From Raillietiella orientalis (taxonomy: Eukaryota), in the NCBI GenBank assembly GCA_036172245.1, contig JAYWIR010000050.1, positions 1,116,001-1,180,000 of the forward strand: a stretch of 64,000 nucleotides of DNA, read 5' to 3'. Below, one piece after another: positions 53,301-64,000 of the stretch. Every line of letters starts with the position of its first letter. Within the stretch, counting starts at the first letter, position 1. Both the position numbers and the translations under genes were made by a program. The notes under the pieces were generated by a model that saw only the letters and a list, made by a program, of their open reading frames with translations, had not been told where the DNA came from and ran no database searches.

Positions 53301-54917
53301 TTTAAATAAGAAAATCAATAACAAATGAAAATAAGGAAAACTCCGAAAAGCACCAATGAATAACTGTCACCTCTGCTTAGTGCTTTATATAAAATTATAT
53401 GCTCCAATTACTTTTTTTCTAAAGAGATACATTTACTGCAAGTTTGGCTTCATATTGCAGAATATGAAAAAATATTCTAAGTTCTTCTAAATATTTTTTT
53501 TCCCCAATAACATAGGAATGACATGCCGTTCTTAAAACATGTACACATTTGCCCAATCTCACTTTACGTTCCTTAGACAATTTTTTGAGTTTTCTCCGAA
53601 TCAGTAAGTAAATAATGCTCGCAACCTTTCTGAGCAATTCGTAACATGCACATATCCAAGTAACACCATTAATATGCCTGATAGACTTCTATAGCATACT
53701 GATACTTTTGTAGTACACGATTACTTTCAAAGTAGCATCAGTGTTCGCAATAAAATATGACAATGATCCCTGTATGATTACTTGCTTATGACCCTTACTT
53801 TCTCTATTTCCTGCAAATATGAAATAAGTTTGCTCAAGCAAACAAATGCACAATCACAGGAATATCATATAAACACAGGATAAATTCAAAAAATTTGAAT
53901 CTTCTTTATATCTTGCTTCATATTAAAGACCAAGAATTGCTTGAGGTGCAGTAGTTTCAGTTTAAAATTAAGTGAATTTTCGATGCCCATCTTCACACCA
54001 CATTTATAAGTATATTCAATGTCAATTGAGAACTTTATGATTATTCTTCAGATTATAACTTACGACTAAAATGACATTATCTACGGTAATTTTGGTTTCT
54101 GAGAAGATAACCTGTATATTCCACAACTGTATCACAACGATTCGGATTTCTGTGAATAGAAACCAAAATAGAAAACGTTGCCTGTAATGACTAATACTTA
54201 ATTACAAGCAAACAGATGAAAACTGATTATTTCGTGAGAATGAATTGTTGCTGGCATTTTAAAAATGATTCATTCAACAACAAAGATTTTACTTTCTGCT
54301 ATTTTCATTTTCTGATGGATACCAAAATATGCTGAATTTTATTATCAACAAAGAAACATAATCATCAAACAATTAAAAGAAAAGAAAGAAAACATAAGAA
54401 CACAATACTCATTCCCTGCTTCCTCAAGTATATAGGATGGTTATATAGAAGTCCTAGCAATATGAAAAACAGGAACACAAATATGCAGCTCCCTCAATGG
54501 CAAAGAAAACTTAAAAAAGCTAATAAACATTCTTTTAAAGCATACAAGATTTTTATAAACAACCAAGTGGTGCTTAATCTGGAATACAGTAACTGATAAT
54601 GGACCATGGACACAAGGCAAATAATTCACTCTTCATCTGATTCAATACATCTCAAACTTGCAATTTTGAGCTTACAATTAGTTTTAGGGTAATTTTTGTT
54701 TCCGAATTGGGAATTTCAAAGGCCAAAGGTGCCAGCCTTGAAACAGCATGCTGCAAACCCTCAGTGATGGCATAATTGAAGGATTCAATGTGTGGTGTAG
54801 CAACATCAGCACAATCCTAATAAATAAATTGGAAAATAGAAAAACATGGCAAAATGGGTAAATCATGCTCGGATATCTATTATTTAAAACTCATGAATTA
54901 CTTATCGCCTTAATCAT
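35310..54917 (-). CDS. POLR1B: RNA polymerase I second-largest subunit (many exons; start codon uncertain, first clear exon ends at about 54816)
   Basis: [120 protein letters not shown], and C-terminal MPYIFLYL. Confidence 0.96.
37120..37300 (+). repeat. Dispersed GC-rich repeat fragment related to 10775-10870, inside a POLR1B intron
   Basis: gagtccgttcctctc-N6-ggggaggga.ctcc is shared (30/35 identical by eye), followed by a similar ttctccg.aggga...ggatccgct. Confidence 0.65.
39703..39731 (+). repeat. (AAT)n microsatellite in a POLR1B intron
   Basis: Run of ataataataataataataataata. Confidence 0.85.
40122..41221 (+). mobile_element. 5'-truncated copy (element H) of the same LINE family in a POLR1B intron, antisense to the gene
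   Basis: 11-bp target-site duplication ACTTCCCAGCC (40111-40121 and 41222-41232). GC-rich body. Ends aataaacgccccggcgtgaccgggtaataa. Confidence 0.88.
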
Positions 54918-56984
54918 TCACAACGGGACATTTACAGAATGTAATAAAAGATCAAGAGCGAAAGGGGGCAAAAAAATATCGAATTCAAAGGTCCTCGAAA
55001 AATTCTGAATTACATGGTACTTTACAACCAAAATTTGGAAGAAACCATACATACAGTGCTTTTATTCGTCTTCAAAAAACAACCCATAAATTTAAGGACT
55101 ATATGACACGAATCCTCCGATTACTGAAATGAAGCGGACGTATTTTTATTATCAAATATGCTTATTTTCAAAACGAAAACACTATTTTTATTTCCATATT
55201 TAGAGAACAAACATCTTGAACACTAATCATCATCACACAAAATCGATAAATTAAAGCTTTGAGAAGAAAAACTTTGGTTCTCACTCATACTGAGAATGAA
55301 TATTGACAGTATGATAACATAAATTAAATTCAGCGACACCCGGGGCATTTTCCTTCTCGTCAATGATTCGTACGTAATGCTGTAAACCAGATTGACATTT
55401 CAAATTAACGAATTTTGAAAACATGATTCCAAAAATGTTTACATCATCCACATACCCTTTGCAAAATTGTAAGATCTGTTTCGTTCATAGCACCGAAAGC
55501 ATTCTTTCCTCGATATTCATAAGCATAAACTTATTGGAGACTCAGACGATTGAAGCACACAGAACATGCTTCAGACAGGGTGCTTGCATCCTTTACGTTT
55601 TTCGATGATTTTATTTACATTGAAAAGGGAAAGCAATCAAGTGACACAGTATATTAATTCAAGATTTTATAGATATAACTGTTGGGTCACATAAACGTTA
55701 CTATGCATTGAAGAATGTAATAACATCACAATAATGAATGTTTACTCGTGAGCTGGCATTTTAAGCTCACATCTAATCCAGAAATATCTCCAGCAAAAAT
55801 TACAAAATAATTGATTGTAAGCAACGCTACAAATTAATTTTTCAATTATCTCATGATTTCATTTTTATGCGCCCATTCTTCAAATAAAGCATACTATTCT
55901 TTTACAGTGACTGAAACAAAAGGGAATACATGCTTAGATACTGTCAACTCTAATGTAAATATGGGTATACAATATTCGTCAATTATAAAAATTAACCTAA
56001 ATCTTGTCGAGATCAGAAATTCCTTTTATATTATGGACACAAACTTGTGCGTTACACAATGAATATTCATATGCCACAAGGGCCAGTAAGCATTGAAAAT
56101 TTCCAACGTACTTTAATAATTGAATTATCTCCTTCATTGTACCTTTCTGTTCAAATTAAACTGTATGGTGTGCAAGAATACCAATAAAAAGGGCATTCAA
56201 ACAGAGCAAATGTATGAGATGTGATTAGAGTTAATGTTCTTCCAAAATACACTCTATTACATTTTCTCTGTTTGAAACTTTTAATCTCAGAATATGGTAT
56301 CATCGTACTTTGTTGTAAATTAACAACCATTCCTTTTCGAGACGAGCACGTAATGCTGATTTTTCACGTTCCAATATTCCAATTGGGAGCTGTGTATTAA
56401 AATAAAGCGTTTTGCTTACAGTCCTCTGTGCTTTTAAATTCTGTCTTTTCTACACTTTCCTTCTGCTTTCGCACTGCGTGGCGTGCAGATTTTCCCCAGG
56501 AAACGACCGTGGCAGCTTCTTATTTATGGTGCCAAACCCCAAACTGGGTCATGCATGCCCAGGTCTAAGTCCACTTCCTTCCCACTCCGTCCCTACAGTA
56601 AATGCCAACCACATAGCCAAGCAAGACTTGGATGCTGATTCTCAACTCGGCTGTCTCCTCATGTGTGTTCGTTTGTCCAGGTTTTTGTTCAAGCTTCCCA
56701 GGCTGCTGATCCGTTTCCAAAGACACGTGTAGCCCTCGGCTGAACTTGAGGATGACATGGCCAAAGTTGCTGTCCTCACTCGCCATTGTGTTTGCTTGCA
56801 AGCATGCGGCGGTGTGTGATGCACTAATGCAAATTTATTTAATTCTTTCTTATTTTACCGTGTTTCCTCTCCGTTTGCTTTTTTTGTTTCATTTTAATTT
56901 GCAATATGAAATGCTTACGTTGAAAGGACAAGCGAAGTTATAGATCTCGGACTGCATGGTTTTTCCAGTTTGGCACAGCAAAGT

Positions 56985-57135
56985 CGAAATAATCTTCAGT
57001 CTGTTGTGTAAGTGTTGATATATATTTTTGACATACGTTGAGTCTTCTGGCACGTTCTATTCCCAAGTGACCATTGGACTTTATGCTTAATGTACTTTTT
57101 ATAACTTTTGCGTGTTCATGCGTAGAGTTCGGAGC
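56985..57135 (-). mobile_element. Possible LTR-retrotransposon (Gypsy-like) integrase zinc-binding domain remnant
   Basis: GHLGIERARRLNVCQKYISTLTQQTEDY has the spacing of the H2C2 consensus GHLGIE-x10-YWPGL.QQIED (consensus recalled, not searched). Confidence 0.4.
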
Positions 57136-57346
57136 ATTATACCACATGAAGAGGCCACTTTCGATAATCAGGCCAGAGAAAATAAAGCCATTAGAATCTT
57201 AAAATGCCTGTAATAAATGAAAATGAGCATCTAGTTTTATGTATTCCCATGTGCTTTTTCTAAATTTCCACATTTAATAAGTATGTAAGTTTTTCAATAA
57301 TTTTACAAATTTGATGTATTAAATGTTTGTAGGAAACTATATTGAA

Positions 57347-58957
57347 ATGCCCTTCTACGAAGGTATTGGTCTCATAAGTGATAAACCAGCTGTGGTAGTT
57401 GATGTGGGCAGTGCATATACTAAGTAAGAATTAGTTCGTTAAAGGTTTGGCTTTGACACAAATAGATGAGAGTAAAATGAGAAAGAAGCCATTAAAAACG
57501 TTTTCAGCTACTTTCTCAAGAAAGTCATCTTTAATTTTGTTATACTGCGCTACTGTGTTTTGTATGTGAAAAAATGACTCCTTGTTAAGTGCAGAATTGA
57601 TATTTTAGGTGTGGATTTGCTGGAGAAGCCATTCCACGGTTCATTCTCAAGAGTTCTGAGATCTGTAAAAGTAACCTGATTACTTACTTACATAAGAATG
57701 TTGAAAATCGTGTAGCATTTTCCGCTGTAGTGAAAAAGCTATTATATGAAATTTTTTATAGGTTAGGAATTTTTTGTAATACAATGTTATTCTAAGTGCA
57801 CTCATTATGATAATTTTAAAGTAAAGAAATTTCCAGGTTCCTTCTTGTTAATCCTAAAGATCAAAGAGTTATATTTGTGGAGTCATTGCTGTTACCTTCA
57901 GTTTTTCGAAATACATTGGCTGAGATTCTATTTAAACATTTTGAAGTACCATCACTGCTGTTTGTTCCTTCACAAGTGGTTTGCTTATTCACTCTGAGAT
58001 TGTCTGCAGGATTTGTTTTGGATGCTGGATTTGAAGAAGCCTGTGTTGTACCAGTATTTGAATTATTTCCTATTTTTAAAGGCCTCATGACCCTGTCAAT
58101 GGCAGGCCAATTTATTCATAGGTACACAAACTGTTAAGAAAAATTTTTCAACTTACTTTCAGAAATCTGTGTAAGGAAATTTTGGAAGGTTCTAAAGTAT
58201 ATGGACCAGCAAATAATGTACTGGATAAGGATGAAGTATCCTCTCTGTTGGATGAAGATATCTTGGAAGACATTAAAGGTTACTATTTTATCTTGCATAA
58301 GTTCGTTAAAACCATGTAGTTCAGTGCGTTGTTGCAGCATGAGGGCATCAAATAAAGACTATCCAGAAAATGAAGTTTCTATGCAAAGTGCGTATCACTG
58401 GAAGAATGGTTGTTGGATGGAACTTTCCCACAACTTGTTGAAAAATGTCTGTAATCCAATGTTCACTTTACATGAAAATGAAGAATCGTATGCCACCCTA
58501 ATCATGGATGCTATATTAGCTGTTGAGTACTTGGTTATTTTAATAAATTCGTAACAAGTGCAGCAGAGTCCTATTGATCTGCGAAGGCAGCTTGCAGAAA
58601 ATTTAGTCATAATTGGGGGCACTTCTATGATGCCAGGGTTCAAGAGACAGCTGCTGCAAAAGTTAGATGACTTAAGACATCATCCTAGATATCTGAGACA
58701 TCACATAGTATGGAACTTCAAAATACATCAGTTACCTGTACCTGCAAATTGTGCAGCATGGTTAGGAGGTTAGCATGGGTGTTATTGAAAAACAATATTT
58801 AAAACATGTTAAAGGTGCTATTATTGGAATAACGGATCTTGCTGCTTCCCGAAGTATTACTCAAGAACGATACTGTAGTAATCCGTTTATTCCTGATTGG
58901 TGTTCTTTAAGCACCTTAACTCCTGAAAGTGATATGACCGAACAATGTCACCTCTGA
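57347..58957 (+). CDS. ACTR10: Actin-related protein 10 (dynactin subunit), multi-exon
   Basis: MPFYEGIG...AVVVDVGSAYTK|CGFAGE; LVNPKDQRVIFVESLL...LFKHFEVPSLLF; PIDLRRQLAENLVIIGGTSMMPGF; NCAAWLGGAI; IPDW. Confidence 0.94.
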
Positions 58958-59043
58958 CAATGAATGCATGTATCATTGGAGAATGAAAGAAATCAATACA
59001 AATATTTCTTTATTGCATAATACTCTTCTCTTTCTAGTGCAAC

Positions 59044-59398
59044 ATGTTATATCGTGATCCTCAAAAATGGTGGAAGATATGGCTGCGCAGATATGTTCCT
59101 GTAATCTCAACAGACCAATCTAAGAAGTGGAAAACATGCCTTTCTTTGCTATATGCATTCATTGGTTGGAATGCTTTTGCAATTTTCATCTATCAGGCCT
59201 ACGAACGCAGAAGAAAGCTGTTGGAGGAACCCGGAGATACACCAAGTAAGCTTACTTAAGACATAATACTAAATGGCTATTTAATCTATAGTTACTTCAA
59301 TGATTCGGGCACTGAACTTGGGAGAAGTCAAAGTAGTGAAAATTCAAAACCTACATAAAGTAGATGAATATACAGTGAACACTCCTGAAAAACAATGA
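59044..59398 (+). CDS. Small uncharacterised single-pass membrane protein (about 100 aa, 2 exons; intron about 59246-59291)
   Basis: Basic/aromatic N-terminus, hydrophobic LSLLYAFIGWNAFAIFIY, GTAAG donor and TATAG acceptor, then an in-frame second exon ending PEKQ*. Confidence 0.75.
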
Positions 59399-59423
59399 GT
59401 ACCTACGTGTCTGCAACTTTTAA

Positions 59424-61135
59424 TTAAACCTTGGTTTCATATCCTTGGCTAAGAGCCTCCTGTCTTGCAGCCCTTTGATCTTCCCATTTGGTACACAGCC
59501 TAGACTCCAATTCTCTAAGCAAAGCACACCTAATCAAAGCAGTGATGCTATCTGGTAATCTACAGGTCATACCTGTATGCCTCGTAGCTCATTACGATGG
59601 TTTCTAGTTCTTGTTTGTACAGACGTAAAAGCATAGCTTCATAACACTCCAGCTGTGGCAACCTAAACATAGGCCAGTGCAACAAGTGATCCCATTCTCC
59701 TGACGCCTTAACATATACCCGCAGCCATTCTGGAATTTCTTTTAAAAAGTGGATTACTGATCTTGTGAAACGAGATTACCTTCATTTAAATATGGATTTG
59801 CTGGAACTAAGACAGGTGGCTGATGAAACTCTGTGTGCACAGGTGGTGGAAGAGTATGAAAAGGATGAACAAATGTAGTGCCATGCTGTAAACGTATATA
59901 CTGTACAGCACATGGATGTTCATACTGTGCTTGTTTAGTTATGTGACTAAAAATAGAAATCAATTTATTGTCTTCCATGAAGTTCTGCATATTTACTTGA
60001 CATAATAGATACCATATTTTGGGGATTCAATTCTTTCCCATCCAGTTGGGAGGCCTTCTTTCTCAAAAGGGTGATTCCAGTGAGTGGTTTTTGTGTTATG
60101 ATCGATATAATATTTTCGGCCACCTAAAGTATAGTCCACTGACCACCCTGGAGGTAATGACTGATCATTTGAATCATTTTCACAACTTAAATAGTGTTCT
60201 GTAAATGAAGGTGAGTTCAAAAGTACTGCAACAAACATATTACCTTGCAAGAAATTGTGCTGGTATTCCTCATGTTGTTCTTGAACAAAAGTGTTGTTCA
60301 AATTAGAAAAAAATGGCTAATGGCATCCTGATATAAGGGTATCTATTTTTAATGACTTACCTGCTGATGCAACATGGGGTTCCACTGCATTCCACCACAG
60401 TTCATTTGAGTAGGGCCAACTGCACATACCTCCTTATCTCTAGAAATGAAAGTCTGCAAAAGATAAAATTATCTGAAAGGTGCTTGAGAGAAGACATGCT
60501 TGTCTGTTCAATTAATTTTTCTTTGTGAGCATACAATTGATAAATGTGACAAATACGTATATTAGCAAAAGAGAAAACTATTTATATTCCAGGGAAGCAA
60601 TTGATCATTATGATACTTGAAAAGCACCAAGGAAAGTATGGCAAAAATACCTGATTATTCATGTAGAGCCGATTGTTGCAAAATCTTTGCATTCCACATT
60701 TCCAATGTTTTTGAAATGCATCCTTCATTTCATTTTCCTTTTGCACAGAACATCTAAAAAATATTCTCTTCATATGTTTAGTAATACATATGAGTATTCA
60801 CCGATTATAAAGTAAATCAATAGAAGATCCATGTCTGTACTCTCTATTGATGTGTCTGTCCATGTCATTACTTTCATTTGAATGGTTTGCTTTATGATTT
60901 TGTAAAAGGTATATTATGTTGGGAGCAGATGATGAGATTGAACATTTGTAAGTATTTGGATTTTTGAATTTGTGCTCTTTAGTATTCCAAACATTTCTGA
61001 CTGCACAGAGAGTATTAGCATTTCTTAAACACAGTAACTTTTACCTAGTATTTCAGGTGGATTGTCTAATTTCACATATTTTCCTACCACTCCATCATTT
61101 AATACGTTTGTTGAATCTTTTGTTTTTTTTAACAT
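59424..61135 (-). CDS. SAV1: Salvador (Hippo pathway scaffold; two WW domains plus SARAH)
   Basis: N-terminus MLKKTK...[75 protein letters not shown]-like [23 protein letters not shown]. Confidence 0.95.
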
Positions 61136-64000
61136 GATTACATCATCAAACTAGGAATGAATGCAAAACCATATATCATCCAACACTTTAACCCTAAATA
61201 GCAATATCTGATTTGCATAACCACATTAAAAGACTTAGAATATTTTCTAGAACTATTTGGAAACAAGTCTTCATTTCAATATTACATCTTAGTTTTTCAA
61301 ATAGATTTTTTATACAAAGTGAATGTGCACAAAAATACTGTGTAATCTTCAACACATAAGTTGTAAAAATGCAAACAAGTCAAAGTACTTTTGAGAAAAT
61401 TTCACATTCACTTAGAAAAGATATTTAAAATGTGACTAATTAAAAAACTGTTATCACAAGGTGAAGTACATGCATAGGAGTGCTGTACATTCTAATCATG
61501 CATAAGAAACCTCCATTAAAATGAATAATGGTTATGATCATGAATAACACCACAAGTCTTGGAAATTTTCTGCAGTTTCCACATTTCATTTACCAAAGGA
61601 ACAGTTATTCAGGGAAATAAGTAGCAATGAGGTACTTGCACTTTTTGCAGTATTCTTGTTCAATACTACATTTATGAATCAAGCTTCCAAATTAAGAGAT
61701 ACATTATGATGGTTTAGAGTGCATCACTTTGGACTAATCTTATGAGAAATCAAAAAAAATTTGTCTTCCTTTTTGGGTTACAGAAAGTTTGCATACTGCT
61801 TTACACACACCTATGTAAGAGTCACCCTAATGATAGGCATTAAAGCTGGGCTTACATGAAAATATGTGTATATTACTGAATTTGCAACATGCATTACTAA
61901 TTTAGGGAATTTGCCATCACTAAAGAATGGTTTTAACCAAAGTACATGAATGGAAACCAGAGGTACAGATTCCAAATTCCTGAAAAAACTTTCTTCACTG
62001 AAATGGTAACCTACACTGGCAACACCTATCTCAACTCTACAAGTTCAAAGAGCATTGTAAAGTTGAATGCCAAATCAGCTTACAGGATATGCTTCAAAAG
62101 CTTGATGGAAATCATGAAATCCACTAGCTAATTAAAAATTTTATAGAGGAGCCGACAAGAAGAATATAACACAACACATCTCTTACTCACACAACCAATC
62201 AAAACAGAAGAATATAACCAGAAACAGAACTTCCGAAATATGATGTATTAGTTTCTCCAGATGAAAAGGAATGTGCTATAACTTGGAACAATGGACCTTT
62301 AAAATGCTTCCTATGTGGTGAACACTGTAGTATTTGTAAGCCTATTTGAATTTTATTACATTAACTCGAACATTATTTGGAAACCCATTGCCCTAAGGGT
62401 TCAGCATTTATTATTACAAGCTTTTAGATTCCAATAATTTTTTTTTGAAATGCTTAACTAATCTTATTTACACCCAACTCAAAATCTCGCTTTCAATTTG
62501 AAAATACCTATTGCATCTGGCGGAAAAAATTGAAATCAGACTTGTGAAATAAACATTAAAAGTTAAAATGTGTAGCAAAAGAGGTTCTTCAGAGAGAAAA
62601 GAAATTGTTATTCGAACATCAAGAACATAACTTTCACTGCCATGTGTTTTGTATGAATGAAAACTTTCAACAAAATAGATTTAAACCTTCAAGACTCATT
62701 TTGAAAACGTGACCGAAAAGAAACGGCGGAAAACGGCCAAATGAGCACGTAATTACTTGAACTTTCCACTAATAATTCAAATAAGCTCATGTAATCAGTT
62801 ACGACACTAAATAAATCAAACAAAAAAATACGAAAAAATGAGAAATATAACTACGAATGAGCATCAGAATTCAGCAGACAAAAAAAAAAAAAACAGAAAG
62901 ACGACAAAACCAAAAACAAGAACGCAATGAAGAACATATCACAAACAACTATTTTTCTTGACATTACTATGTATAAAAAGTCGTCGAGGACTACCATATT
63001 TCATTAACCTTTGTGAAGGCAATGTTTTAATTTGTTACAGATTGTATTCTTTCAAGTTATCTGTTAAAGTCATTATGATTAAGAAATCTTCAAGAACTAT
63101 TGAAACCAATTCTTGGCATTCCAGCGCAGGCATGATGTTGTACCAATTTGTTTTGATAATATAACCATTTCACGAATTAAGTATTTCAAATGAAAACGCT
63201 TTTTCGAGAAAAGTCAGTCAGAAAATCTGACCTATCCGAAGAAAATATCGAATATGCCATTTGTACATTTCTTTATACATACTTTAAAAAAACAGAAGCA
63301 TACCATTCGGGCATCAATAAACTCTCACTCTTGGATTCCAGTCTGGTTCTTTTTCTTTTCTATTTGACAGGACGTGTTTTGATATTTGTTTACAAAACCT
63401 GGAACCCTAGATTTAGTTTTTCTTTTTTCATTCTTGTATCAAGTTTTGCGTGATATCGAGAATAATGTGAGCTGTTAAATACGTTTTTACACTAGTGAAA
63501 CATTTGAAGTCTTTCCCATAATTGGGTATACTTCTCTCGGCATACAGGAGAGCTGTATGTTTAAGGCAAAAGTTTACATTTTTCCTTAAAAGCATGAATT
63601 TCCTTTTTCATAGAGACAAAAAATGGTTCTCGTCGGAATGACCGGGAAAAAAAAAGCGCCATTGACTTGGTCCATAACTGAGTCCTTCGTATCTACGAAT
63701 CATCTTTTCAAACCCATACTTTTTTTCCACGTTAGCAACCAGCTCATCCTAATAGTTTTTTTAGTAAAAATATTTCGTTATTTAACCAAATAACATTACT
63801 TTCACTATTTACATAATCTGCAAGAATCACTTTGGATTTTGATTATTATGTGAACACAAAAACAAAAATTTTTTAAATCAGGTTACTTTGAAAACTGTTG
63901 CTTGTATTTTGTTTGCTTTCATTGAATGTTTGCTCATTATGGATGATTTCAGGTCATCGATCTAAATGTCGCATTCTTGTTCTACAATCATAGTTATGCT

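Noticed and set aside
62150..62345. CFLCGEH zinc-knuckle-like string suggesting a gag remnant
   Set aside because: CCHC spacing is incomplete and the surrounding frame is broken.
63630..63660. cggaatgaccggg + A-run resembling the LINE terminal hairpin (similar weak match near 55335)
   Set aside because: No AATAAA, upstream UTR homology or TSD.
1..64000. tRNA, rRNA, snRNA/SL RNA genes, CRISPR arrays, telomeric arrays
   Set aside because: None recognised by eye. A covariance-model scan would be needed to exclude small intronic RNAs.

Overview
This is eukaryotic (invertebrate metazoan) genomic DNA in two compartments. (1) 1-~13.4 kb is a GC-rich nest of non-LTR retrotransposons of the L1/Tx1 type (APE endonuclease, RT and C-terminal CCHC zinc finger). 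It includes nested and inverted copies, an insertion bounded by an 11-bp target-site duplication, apparent 'ORF1-like + 3' tail' internally deleted derivatives, and a remnant of a second RT type. (2) ~15-61 kb is an AT-rich, compact block of housekeeping genes with many 39-51 bp introns: COG2 (+), SAYSD1 (-), BAZ1A/ACF1 (-), UBR7 (-), POLR1B/RPA2 (-, about 19.6 kb, with large repeat-containing introns), ACTR10 (+), a small uncharacterised single-pass membrane protein (+) and Salvador/SAV1 (-). The most notable signal is a 3' end architecture shared by six diverged retroelement copies: covarying hairpins, then AATAAA, then a terminal CCCGG-N5/6-CCGGG hairpin, and almost no poly(A). Other points of interest are an operon-like 86-bp spacing after ACTR10, convergent gene pairs with stops only 25-29 bp apart, and a GC-AG intron. 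All calls come from reading the sequence by eye and from remembered family motifs; no searches were run, and exon boundaries are approximate where stated.
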